Assembly (NCBI GenBank): GCA_052327205.1
Contig: CM126202.1
Location: 105,338,001-105,402,000, forward strand
Direction: 5' to 3'
DNA: 64,000 nucleotides
Source: Somniosus microcephalus
Lineage: Eukaryota
Positions 37,622 through 50,227 of this stretch are shown here, piece after piece. Position 1 is the stretch's first letter; every line of letters starts with the position of its first letter. The notes under the pieces are model-generated. The model did not search any database and was not told where the DNA came from. It was given only the letters and a program-made list of their open reading frames with translations. Made by a program: the position numbers and the translations under genes.

Positions 37622-38598
37622 GCAACAACAACTTGTATTTATATAGTGCCTTTAATGTAATAAAACATCTCAAGGCGCTTCACAGGAGTATTATAAGACA
37701 AAAAAAAAATTTGACACCGAGCCACATAAGGAGAGGGCCTAGGCAACAGAAGGCACGGCCACCAATGGTTGAGCGATTATAATCAGAGATGCTTAAGAGG
37801 GCAGAATTAGAGGAGCGCAGATATCTCTGGGTGTGGGGTGGGTGGGGAATGGGGTTGGAGGAGATTACAGAGATAGGAAGGGGCGAGGCCATGGAGGGAT
37901 TTGAAAACCAGGATGAGAATTTTAAAATCGAGGTGTTGCTTAACCGGGAACCAATGTAGGTCAGCGAGCACAAGGGAGATGGGTGGAAGGGATTTGGTGC
38001 AAGTTAGGACACGGGCAGCTGAGTTTTGGATGACCTCAAGTTTACGTAGGGTAGAACGTGGGAGGCCAGTGAGGTGTGTGTTGAAATAGTCAAGTCTAGA
38101 GGTGGTAAATGCATGGATGAGGGTTTCAGCAGCAAATGAGCTGAGGCGGGGCGGAGACGGGCGATGTTACGGAGGTGGAATAGGCGATCTTAGTTATGCC
38201 ACGAATATGACACCAAGGTTGTGAACAGTGTGGTTCAGCCTCAGACTGATGGTAGGGAGAGGGATGGAGTCAGTGTCTAGGGAACGGAGTTTGTGGCAGG
38301 GACCGAAAACAGTGGTTTCAGTCTTCTCAATATTTAATTGGAGAAAATTCCTGCTCACCCAGTACTGGATGTCAGACACGCAGTCTGACAATTTAGAGAC
38401 CGTGGAGGGGTCGAGAGAAGTGGTGGTGAAGTAGAGCTGGGTGTCATCAGCGTACATGTGGAAACTGATGCTGTGTTTTCGGATGATGTCGCCAAGGGCC
38501 AGCATGTAGATGAGAAATAGGAGGGGGCCAAGGATGGGTCCTTGGCGGGGACACCAGAGGTAATGATGTGGGAGCGGGAAGAGAAGCCATTGCAGGCT
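37622..38598 (-). mobile_element. L2 LINE 3' fragment with internal deletions
   Basis: FHMYADDTQLY, NFLQLNIEKTE; tail (CAA)n-CTTGTATTTATATAG on the + strand. Confidence 0.9.
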
Positions 38599-40479
38599 TC
38601 ACTTCACACATTATTTACTTCACCATTGTAATCAGATCCAGTTAATGTGGTGTCTATAAATAGCGAGATATTTTCCATTATCTTAACAGCCTCATCTTAA
38701 CAACCTAACGTGATACACTTGAGATAACATCTTAACATGTGATAGTTTCAAAGATTAACAAATAAGAATCCTTCATAGAGTTGATGTTACATGAGATAAG
38801 CATTAACCTTGCAGTTTGTAGTGGAAGATGTGACTGAGAGGGAGCCCAGACAAAAACATTAATGTCAGAAATTTAAGTTTTTCTACAGTGTTGCTTCAGA
38901 TTGGCTCTGTGGTACTGCTCGAAAGAAAAGAAGCTCCTGAAATATTTCACAAACAGCAACTTGTTCAAATTCTACAAACGTTCATATAATCTGCTTAAAT
39001 TAAATGAGGAACTCTCTAACTTAAAGCCGCTTCTAATTTTGAAGTTTTTTTTAACATCCTTTTTTGTGTTTTTTAACTTTTTAAATATAATTTATGTAAC
39101 TGACATCGTTGGACACTGGCTTAGAGGAGCACACAGTAGAAATGACGAGCAAAATATTTAAGTGTCTATCTACTGAGAGAATTCTCCACAGACTAGAATT
39201 TCATCATTGCATTACATTTATCCTACAGGTGAAGTCAGCTACCCACTGAGTTTGCTCTTGGGTTAAATATAACTTATGGAGAAATTTCTAGCCAAGTAAT
39301 CAAACCCAAGGAGCATCGCAATGCTGTCATTATTGCCTGTCATTTCAACAGTTTGTGCTCCTGAGGAGTTCATAAACACTTATTGTTAAGGTATATGGGC
39401 TAATTTCATGATCCTGCAGTCCCAGCAGGGAGACATGCTCACAGGGAATGCAGGTCACAGAATCAGAGCTACAATGTTGTAGCCGTCCTCCAACCCATGC
39501 TCCCTTCGACTGCAGCTTCCCTGTTGGGAGTGTAGAATCATGCAATAAATTCTGTAACTCTACAAATCAATAGAAATGGATACAAAAAATGTGTAACGCT
39601 AATCAAAGCACTTGTCAATGGATTGATTTGTAATAGAGGTACTGAGGATAAGACGCAGTTAAATTCCTTTAGAATCACATTTGCACTTTTCTATAATGCA
39701 CTGTTTATTTTATTTTTTTAAAGATTTTTCATTATTAGGAATACCCCACATCATCCATTATCCTTAACTGAGATGGTTGCTGGCAGAAGGAGGAACTTTG
39801 CTAGTAATCCACTGTTAAACATCTGTGAAAACACTAGTGCTTCTGAATCTCAACCTGGCTTTTGAAGAATTTATTAGAGAAACATTCTATTTGACAAAAT
39901 GCCTGTGGGTCATTACCAGAAATGCAATTAGTTATTGAAGACTGGGTTTTCTAATGTGGAAGTGCATTAGTCACTGTTAAACTCCCACCATCTGTTTAAA
40001 GCCAATTTTAATGGCCTTGTTAACTGCACACCACTTTCAAAAACTCATCAGTCCATCAGTGGTTGGTATATTCTGCTTTATTTAGAAATAAGAATGAAAG
40101 TAAATGGATAACTGCAGGAAATCCAAAATCACTGAGATGAAATGCCTGTAATTGTTGAAATTGAAGTAGAATCCATTTGAAGTAGTTCACTGATTTTCAC
40201 AAAAAAATTCCACTCCAGGGTATTTTTGTTTTCTGATTTTCATCCAATTTTTCCAGACATTTTTTGGTACTTTAATATCCTCTGATTAAAACCCAATTTT
40301 ATTCTATTGATTTTTACCTGGATTTAAGCTGAAAATGCTGCTTTCAGCTTCCTAAAAATCCAGGCTTTCTCTTCATATCCTGAATATCTAATTTGTTTTG
40401 ATTTCAAAGCAGCCTCACTCATGCTAGTGAATACTGAGGAGGAACAGTAAATGTCTCTGTGCATGAATGTGCCTATGGG

Positions 40480-40835
40480 ATGGTTGTAAGCCTTACAGAC
40501 AAGGCAGTTCTCGGCTGTGACGATACTGAGTTAGCTGGTCGGAACCAAAGTGGCAGTTGAAACACTACTGTTGGCCTCACTGTCCCTGAGTTGTGGGGAA
40601 ATCAGCTAAGGGCACTGTTCCCGATTGCTATCCAGTGACTGCTGTTGGAAAGTGCATTCTTGTGGATGCAAATGAGGGCAAGATTGGGCTCTGCTGTGAT
40701 GCCACCTTGCAGTTGAATAGCTAGCTGATTAGCATTCACTGTCGAGACTCGCACATAAGGCATAACCACTAGGGTTGAGGTATCGGATTTCTGGCAACTG
40801 GAGCACAACTTGAAGCAATGTCTTTAGGAGCGAAA
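40480..40835 (+). mobile_element. LF-SINE-like SINE
   Basis: CTGAGTTAGCTG, TTGGCCTCA..CCTG, AAATCAGC, GATTGCTATCCAGTGAC..TGGAAAGTGC, CTGTGATGCC. Confidence 0.65.
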
Positions 40836-41288
40836 GGTTGAACAGTGGGGACAGTCACTGAGTTTTAGTTTTAAAAAAATACATTTTTTTTCAGCTGGTG
40901 GGAGTGATCCTGCCAACGCAGAATGATCTGGAAAATTGGGCTTAATTTGCTCTGTGTTTTTGTGTACGGATGTCATTTTATAATGGAAATTCGTGTAAAT
41001 GACTCCTCTCTCAATTTCCTGGTCTTCACATCAGAATACCCTTTGCACTAAGCTTACCAATGCAGAATGGATGATAAAGATGTTCTGGCCTTTCAGTAAG
41101 TGACAGCTGAACTGCTGGATTTTTCATTGCTGCATCCTAAATTTTAAAAATATATATTTGATTGAGTGTTCTTTTGAGTTTTCTGGCAGTGGGAAAAAAA
41201 GTGAATGAAGGAATGGTTGCAAGTCAGAGCTGTTCCACCAAAGGGGGATTGCCGGCATCTTTCCTTACCCAAACAGCTGTGTGTACAG

Positions 41289-41902
41289 TAGCAAAATACT
41301 GCAGATGCTGGAAATCCGAAATAACAACAGAAAATGCTGGAAAAACTCAGCAGGCCAGGCAACATCTGTGGAGAGAAAATAGTCGACGTTTCGGGTCTAA
41401 CCCTTTTTCAAAACTGGAAAGGAAATGAAATAGATCGAAAGGCAGGGCTGGGAGAGAACAAAAGAAGTGAAGAGACATTAAGAGGTATTCAAAACGAGAC
41501 GAGATGGTGATACGACTAGTGGAGACAAAAGACAGCTCAGATTAGGTGTGAAATGTTCTGGCAGAATGAGAGACAGCTGCCATGTGGGAGAGAGAAAAAA
41601 AGGAGGGGGGAAGGCCCAAAACAAAGATGTGGATAAAATATAAGCAAAAATGTAATGGGGGCCGAGGTTATGATCTGAAATTGTTGAACTCGATGTCTTT
41701 TGTCTCCACTAGTCCTATCACCATCTCGTCTCGTTTTGAATACCTCTTAATGTCTCTTCACTTCTTTTGTTCTCTCCCAGCCCTGCCTTTCGATCTATTT
41801 CATTTCCTTTCCAGTTTTGAAAAAGGGTTAGACCCGAAACGTCGACTCTATTTTCTCTCCACGGATGTTGCCTGGCCTGCTGAGTTTTTCCAGCATTTTC
41901 TG
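41289..41902. mobile_element. Truncated Penelope-like element with inverted terminal repeats and a 15-bp TSD
   Basis: Arms 41328-41534 and 41694-41902 are near-perfect reverse complements. TSD CAGCTGTGTGTACAG at 41274-41288 and 41903-41917. Confidence 0.9.
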
Positions 41903-41989
41903 CAGCTGTGTGTACAGACCTAGGCACACCTACCTAGATCTGTCTTGCAGACACTTCACCTGAGGGCAGTGACTGACTTGCACCATTGT

Positions 41990-42580
41990 TGGAATTTGAT
42001 CTGCAGGTCGAGCCAATAAAAGGGATGGCCTTGCCATTGACTGCAAAAGTGATCACAACACTGAACTTGCATGCCTCCAGTTCCTTCCATGCTATCTCAA
42101 GGGTCATAGACAATATCAGTTCACAGTGTGCTGTATACAAAGGCAAACACCTTCATCCACTTATTAAATTGAAAGCAGAATGATGGTATTCCCCAAAATC
42201 CAGGGTGTTATTGATGGCATCCATGTGGCATCTACACATAATTCCATGGAATTAATCAATCACTCCATCAGTGTCCAGGTGGCGAGTGCCTAATAAAACA
42301 GGATCTTACAGCTGAATGCCCACTTCCCAGTGAGCAGTTGGGATGCTTTTATTTTAAGGCATTCCCCTGTGACTAGATTATTTGAGGGTGAAGGCAGACT
42401 GGAAGGATGTCTTTTAGGAGACAAAGACCTCCATGCTCATCCTGGCTCAAGACACTCTTGCAACAGGCGGGAGCAGCTGGTGAACACAGATAGAGTGAGG
42501 CCCCCATATAGCCATCAGGAGCATTATTGTGCACACCATGGTATCTTGGAAGATTGCATTCTTTGTTCACCTTTACAGAT
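41990..42580 (+). pseudogene. Decayed PIF/Harbinger (HARBI1-like) DDE transposase
   Basis: ALPLTAKVITTLNLHASSSF, FPKIQGVIDGIHVA, HSISVQV, NAHFPVSSWDAFILRHS, GCLLGDK. Confidence 0.85.
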
Positions 42581-43564
42581 TTAAGTACAGCAGTAATTCC
42601 AGTTTTAAGATGCAGCTAGATAGCTAACCTGCTACAATATGGTCATGCATGTAAAGCTGTGAAAGAGCTGTAAGGTTGCCTGAGTGCTTCACAGACCACA
42701 TCAGTTAAGATCTAACTGGTTGAGAGCAAACACTTTGTGACATGCATATTTTGCCCATCTACTTGTATAGGGAATTCCTGGGAAGTCTGTCTCGAGCAGA
42801 TCTTCTGAGGCTAGCAAACTGCTTCCTTTTTTTTCCCCCAAGTCCTCTGAATGGTTGACACCACATTTACCTTTAATGCCACTTCATCCTATACAGTCTA
42901 GTCTCCAGCAGGGAGGGTGCTTTGCACTGCCAACAGGGCAACTCTCCATTCACCCATTTCATGCCACAGCAATTCCACATCTGTGTCAGTAAGTGATGGG
43001 GTCTTGAGCGCCATTGCACCACTCCTTCACTACAGAAGATTTGCTTGCTCTGTTCTTCCTACTTCCAATTAACACCTTTTCTTTAAATAGTAACCACATA
43101 GCTTCAGGAGCTGCGGCTGTGCCAGATATTCCAACTACCATTCTGCAAACTTCCAGCAGGAGGCCCAATCCAGGCTGAAAGCTAGACATGCATCTTCAAT
43201 TAGAGCCAACCACATAAAATCTGGCAGGGTCATCCGTGCGCTGTATGTGTCGGCATAAAACCTTGACACAAAAGTTACACACTTGGAAAATCAGCCCCAT
43301 ATATCTGTCAGCCTAGCAGAAATTGAACATCATATGAGATGTTTGGCAAAGGCAGTTGGTAAAAAATATGGGCAAGATGTTTCCTACATTTGGGAGCATG
43401 GCACATTGAATGTGCCATGTGCAAACTCTTGCGTTGCATTCAGGGGTCACTTGGTTTCGTCCCAGTCCCAGCTGTTACGAGTCTATTCCTTGTGGGCCAG
43501 TGCAGATTTGAGATCTCAAAATATTTAGGCTTGTTGCTTTCAATTATGCCAGCTGTGTAAAACA

Positions 43565-43905
43565 ATGAGTTATTGTGCTAAATTAGCTAATCTCAGTTGG
43601 GACAGCAATAGGCTTGTTAAAATTGGGCCCACTATCCCTGGCCGAAGGAGTGGGAAAATCAGCCAGGGCTCCGGCCCCTGATTGTTATCCAGTGATTCCT
43701 GTTGGAGGGGGCACTAGTTTGGACTTGAGGGCAGAAAACAAATCAAGCGATGTACCCCATAGTCAGATAGTAAACCAATACTCACTGCTTAGGTTCACAG
43801 ATGAAGAGTAAACAGCTGAACAAGGCACTCTCCGCGGAGGTCTGCCAGTACTTATGGAACAAGAAACTAGAATGAGTCACCACACGCTGGAGAGGAAGGG
43901 AGAAA
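43565..43905 (+). mobile_element. LF-SINE-like SINE
   Basis: TTAGCTAATCTCAG, AAAATCAGCCAGGG, GATTGTTATCCAGTGA, AGGTTCACA.ATGAAG. Confidence 0.6.
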
Positions 43906-44717
43906 ATTAAATTAAACAATAAATTGCATTTTTAATTTTTTTATATTTTGAGTTTTTTTTAGTAACCATTGAGGAGCTAAATTAAAGACACAAATACTGT
44001 TAAGTTGTTTAGCAAAACTACCTCTAAAAAGCAGTTTACATTACACCCATTTGTACACAGATAGCATTCATGAATTTGTATTGGGGTCAGTTTTTGTATA
44101 TGTAGAATCCCTTAGGCTGGCTTTGCGTATATAATCCTCCTGCGAGTATGTTTAAAACTAGAAAATGCCAACACAATTTTAAAATTGTGTATGACAAATG
44201 TTTTAAATTATTTTTAATTATTTATAAAATGTCTAATTTCCCTTAGGACTCTCTCCATTTTCTTTTACTCGCTTTTATGTTGTAATTTTCTTAAGATCAA
44301 TATTTGTTTAAGCCTGGTCACAAACAAATAAAAATCTGTTTGCATTGAAGTTTTTTTTGATTACCATTTTATTTTTCATCCCATGGTTGGTCAAACTATT
44401 ATGAAAATGTTTTTATGGGCTTAACCTGGCATCAGTGAAATTTTTGACCCTTGCCTTTTTTTTAGTTGATACTAATTTATACAATATCTCTTCATCTGCA
44501 ATGTTGCCTCGTATAACCTGCCATAAGCCACATAAACTATGACTAGACTTAAAGGAAGATTGCACAAATGCATTTTTAGTTTTGAATGTATTAAAGAAAG
44601 CTATATGCTAAACCACTCGTGTGGAAAGTGATTAAATTTTCTTTCACTGCTACAGGTGAGGCTGAACGCCTTGATTTCTGCTTTTGTTCATAAATATCAC
44701 TAACATTTTTACTTTGG

Positions 44718-45390
44718 ATATACGGCCCAGAAACACGCCATTCGGCCCAACCAGTCCATGGCGGTGTTTATGCTCCACTCGAGCCTCCGTCCGTCTTTCC
44801 TCATCTAACTCTATCAGCTCAGCATCCCTCCTCCCTCATATGCTTATCTAACCGCCCCTTAAATGCATCTATACTATTTGCTTCAACCACTCCCTGTGGT
44901 AGCAAGTTCCACATTCTCACCGCTCTCTAGGTAAATACATTTCTTCTGATTTCCCTATTTGATTTCTTGGTGACTATCTTATATTGATGGCCTCTAGTTT
45001 TGCTCTTCCCCATAAGTGGAAACGAACTTTCTGTACCTACTCTATCAAAAACTTTCATAATTTTAAAGAACGCAATTAGGTCACCCCTCAGCCTTCTCTT
45101 TTCAAGAGAAAAGAGACCCAGCCTGTTCATCCTTTTCTGATGGGTATACCCTTGCATTTCTGGTAGCACCCTCTCCAGTGCCTCTATATCCTTTTTATAA
45201 TATGGCGACCAGAACTGTACACAGTACTCCCAAGTGTGGTCTAACCAAGGTTCGATACAGGTTTAGCATAACTTCCCTACTTTTCAATTCTATCCCTCTA
45301 GAAATAAACCCTAGTGCTTGGTTTGTTTTTTAGGGCCATGTGATTTTAGTGATTTGTGTATTTGTACTCCGAGATCCCTTTTGTTCTGTA
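44718..45390 (-). mobile_element. CR1 3' fragment
   Basis: LGLFSLEKRRLRGDL, KTRGHQYKI, RDLGVQIHKSLK. Confidence 0.9.
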
Positions 45391-46333
45391 TCATTGGGTA
45401 GCTCAGTGGTGTAGAGTGATGGAGTATCAATGCACTGATACTCGATAGAGTGATAAGAGTGGCAATTGTATTCTCAGACTGTGGCAGAGTGTATAGTGTA
45501 AAGCACAAATTAGATTCCAGGTGTTTCTCTACAGGGTGGGACGTGGAAATGTATTTCACCCTGACCACTGTAAACTTTTAGAACAGCACTGCCCAAGACT
45601 ATGAAGCGAGTTGTCCAAGCATCATCATTTTACAGGATAAAAGGCTTAAAGGTTGGGAATGGGGTAATATATATTGGGCCTGCAAAAAAAAAAAAAAAAA
45701 AAAAAAAAATTCTAATTCCCCAGTTCTCGCCAGTCACAGTCAACTGACACCCGTTTTGTAGCATTTATTCTAAGCCTAGTGAATGGCCCTGAATTTCCAT
45801 GCCGGTTATCCCAATCTGCTACCATAACTTGGGCAGGAGATCAGGAACTCCACAGAAATGGCTGTTTACACCATTCCGCCAGTTCTTCATTCTTGTTCCT
45901 GGAAGCTGATTCATGTATCGGCTTGTGCTACTCGGAAATATCAGAAAAACATTGCTGAAGTAGGATTTAGTTGGTATCCACAGGAAGTTTCATATTTTCC
46001 ACCATCTCAGTGATATTGTTCACGTAAAATCCATCTTTAGGCAATCGGAAGTTAACACTACTTAAATGATATAGCTAACGGCAGTTTCTTTTTTTAAAAA
46101 GCATCATTTTCAGTCCAGTAGGGTTTGAGATGGTGTGCAACAGAAAATATGGTCCATTTATCACTCCAACCACCAATAGCAGTATACTTTACCTGAAGCA
46201 AATTCGTCTAGTCTCGAGCTCTGTATTGATTCGAACCTACATTGACACAGGATGGTCATTACTTTTGAAAGCTTTAGTTCAAAATGCCATATGAGTGTGG
46301 CTGCGATATTATAGCTCCAGCAGTAGACTTCTA

Positions 46334-47161
46334 GGGCTGGATTTTGACAATGGGGACATGATGGAGGTGGGACTCCCACTTTTTGGGTTGTAGTCCCGCC
46401 TCCATCGACTTGTGACCAACCCACGCTATTTTCCCTTGATTGACCTTGTTCAGCGGGCTCAGCAGGCCAATTAAGGGACACCTGGTTACTGGGGACGTCA
46501 GTGATTGACATTTCATCTGTCAAGAGCTTTTGACAGATGAAAAATCAGCATTTGACAGCTCTGTGAAGCTGTCAACACTGACAATCTGTCTTCCAACTTG
46601 AGTCCTTCTACTCAGACTCAGTTAGAGATCTCTCCAGACCAGAAAGCAGAATGCTGCAGATTTTGACATTTCAGCAGCCATTCTGCTTTCTGTGCCGGTG
46701 AGATGAGGGACTCCCGAGACCTGAAGGAAGGAAGCCTGCAGGAGAAAGTAAAGGTAAGTAAAACTTATTAAAACACTTTACACACACCTGACACAGTTAC
46801 CTCTGCACACATGCACCCATCACTCACCTGCACAACGGACATCTTGACCCCTTCAGACCGATGGTCCGCCTCGCTAACTTGGTGTGGTTCGGAACCATTG
46901 GGAAGCCCACACTTCAGGGCTAAAAATAGGGATTAGGCAAAAAACTGCCTGTTAACTACCTGTTAACAGGCAGTTAATTGGCACTAATCCCCTTCCCGCC
47001 TCGGGAGGCGGCTCCCAGCACAGGTCGGATACCTGCCTCCTGGGACATTGGCATGGAGGTGGGTTGGGGGCGGGATGGGTTCCTGCACCCCCCCCCCCCC
47101 CCCCCCGATTCTGCAATTTTCCCACCACTCCCGCCTCCATGGGGCTTGGAAATTCGAGCCC
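46334..47161. mobile_element. Harbinger-type non-autonomous element with internal hairpins
   Basis: Imperfect TIRs GGGCTGGATTT / AATTCGAGCCC, flanked by CTA direct repeats. Confidence 0.65.
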
Positions 47162-49779
47162 CTAGACTCTCAATCGGGGGTCAGAGTTAGTGCATGGCAA
47201 TGGCAATATTATAATTCAGGCTTTTCCCCCAAAACTTTAAGCATTGTGTAAGTCAAGTATTGTACTTACGACCACCATAAAAAGGCAGTTGTCATGCGTA
47301 GACCTGCATCTTCTATGAACTGAAGCTCAGACCCTTATGTGAATGGGTTTTTGTGTTACAGGATGAACAATTACCCTTTTCCACAGTATTGTATATCAAA
47401 AACCACGGAGAAAACCCACCTCTTTGGTCAAGCTTTTGGTCACCCCTCTAACATCCCCTTCTTTGACTCAGCGTTGATTATTTTGATTGTCTCTGTGAAG
47501 CAATGTGTTTTTCTATGTTAAAGATGCTATAATAATACAAGTTGTTGAACTGCCTGCCTCATTAACTTGTCCACTTTGAAAGGCAGTGACAAACTTTATT
47601 GTTCACGCTAATGCAAATTAATTTCCAAAACAGTAGTTGCAGAAGCAGAAGACACACATAACAAGTAGTTAGTAGTACAATACTTGACTTACACAGTACT
47701 TAAACTGTTCTAAAACAGCTTACCTTCCAACTGACCATAAGCAGTACTACAGGAGATCCATTATACACATACTAGTGTATCTCCCATGGTGTTGCTCATG
47801 GTGAGTTACAGGACTCTTTAGCTGGGATTATTAAAGAACTGATTGGAACATTTACCTTTGTATAAGTAGTCAATCTGAAATGACGGTAGTTCTTTCTAAT
47901 TCAGTTTTTTAAAAAGCATACAAGTCAAAAATGAAAATTTGCATTAGCAACAAGAGCAGTAGCAGGTCTGATGTGGCAGAGGCAGAAACTTGCACATGTC
48001 TGTAATGTTAAACTGACTTGAGGATTATAACATTGTGGGAAAGGGGACAGGAGATTTCGTGGAGAGTAAAATACGAAGAAAGCATCAGTCATTGAGAAAC
48101 AAACCGTAAAGAAGAGGTAACAAGGAAATGAGAGACTGAACTCTGGAAAGGGAGAAAGATAAAAGTAAAATTAAAGAGCAAGTGACAGATTAATAAGGAA
48201 AGGATAAGTGAATAAGGATTGAGCAGAGTGATCAAATGAAGAAAAGGATATGTGAAGTTTTCCCCCCCTCTCTGTGGTGCTGAGGCATGCTGCTTTATGG
48301 TTCCACAAGTGGTGGCCATTTCTTTATGTATGAGACGGCAGAGTGAGTATTTGCACTGTAAGGCTTTTTCAAACTAGAACGAAGATGATGGGGAGTAAGT
48401 AAGTCTTGCCAAAAGGCCCCTCGATGTTGACTGGTGTTTTAGCTAGTTTATTTTCACAGGTTGCAGCAGGGGATTGTGACTTGAGTTTCTGTAAATCTCC
48501 ATCAGAATTTGCTTTCACAAGAATCGTTTAGATGATGCAAGTGATGGACTAAATGACTTGGCAGCTTAACCTTTTACTTCTAGGAAGCATTTTTATCCAT
48601 CATTCTCATTTATCTAAAGTGTGTCATTGTGGCTTGGTTGCAGGCATTCAGCAGTGCGTTGTGCATTTAGCCCACAGACTTGTGTGTGCAGCACAAAGCT
48701 CAACAGGCAGGAGATTGTTCAGCTGGGTAAACATTGTCCAGAGGTGGTTGAATACTAAAGATGTTGTTTAAACACTCCGTACTTTGTGTCGGAATCCTTT
48801 TGGGATTCAGTGGTCAGACTTTATGGAGCTTGAGGTAGAAGGACTGTAGTTAGGAGCCTGAATATTTGATGGCCATAATTAATGTTGGTGTGCTGTTGCC
48901 TTTACTGCAGTCCCCCACTGTGTAAGAGGACAAAGCTAGCTAAACCCCTCCCACAAATACCTGCACAGTTTTGTGGAGTTCTGCAATTCTGGGCTCCATA
49001 ATCACGGTGTAGGGGGGAACAGCTGTTTAAGTGCATGTTACAATTCAGATTTTTATTTAAGATAAAAATGAGAGCTAGCCACCTGGGCCATCCAAAACCC
49101 TTTACGTAAAGCGTAATCCCTATTACTTTATATGTCTTTATCATATATATTGGCACAGCTGATTAATATACAAACATATAACTTTGTTGTAACTGAGAAC
49201 AATTGTAGTGAAAAATAAGTCATAAAATGTAATATAGAGGGGAGGTTAGTGCTTTTAGATTTGGTTTTCCTCGACAAAAAGCTAACGTGGTTAAAAGAGT
49301 AACGGAGCCAGCAGATCAATTTAATGAGGTGAGAGGCGAAGATATTTTAGCCACAGGAGATTGAAGTTAAATGAATCAAAGGAACTAAGGCAAATAGCAG
49401 GGTGTTAGATAGACATAAACACATCCATCTCCTTTGGGTTGGTAGTTAGTGCAGAAAGTGTAAGAGGAAAATTGTAAGCAGGTGGAGCTCCGGTCTTGGT
49501 GAGACACAAAGGATGAAATGTAGCAAAAGTGAGGTAAAACGAGAACAGGAAATAGTAAAATAAAAAGGAAAAGTTGCAAATGTAAATCTGGATTCAGAGC
49601 AGAATGCTGGAAATGCAAGTTTAGCATATTAAGGGGAAAAGGTAGTTTATGAAGTTTCAGCTGTGTTTTAAATCAAGAGGAGACTAGTTGCAAAAGGTAC
49701 AGCATTGGTTGTGCTCGCATATTGTTCGTGATGCCAATGGAGCGAAGAAAATAAGGATAAGGGGCCTGTCATGGCTGTA

Positions 49780-50227
49780 AACAACAACTTGTATTTATAT
49801 AGCGCCTTTAACATAGTAAAACGTCCTAAGGCGTGGCACAGGAGTATTTTAAGACAAAAATTTGACACCGAGCCACATAAGGAGAAATTAGGGCAGGTGA
49901 CCAAAAGCTTGGTCAAAGAGGTAGGTTTTAAGGAACGTATTAAAGGAGGAAAGAGAGGTAGGGAGGTGGAGAGGTTTGGGCAGGCAATTCCAGAGCTTGG
50001 GGCCTAGGCAACAGAAGGCACAGCCATCAAAGGTTGAGCGATTTATAATCAGGGATGCTCAAGAGGGTAAAATTAGAGGAGTGCAGATATCTTTGTCGGG
50101 GGGTGTATGTGGCTGAAGGAGATTACAGAGATAAGAAGGGGCGAGGCCATGGAGGGATTTGTAAACAAGGATGAGAATTTTGAAAACGAGGTGCTGCTTA
50201 ACCAGAAGCCAATGTAGGTCAGCGAGC
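49780..50227 (-). mobile_element. L2 LINE 3' end
   Basis: Homologous to 53365-53800 and to the reverse complement of 60800-61240. Confidence 0.9.

Noticed and set aside
45684-45709. Poly(A) tail of a retrocopy
   Set aside because: No upstream recognisable mRNA-derived sequence and no TSD.
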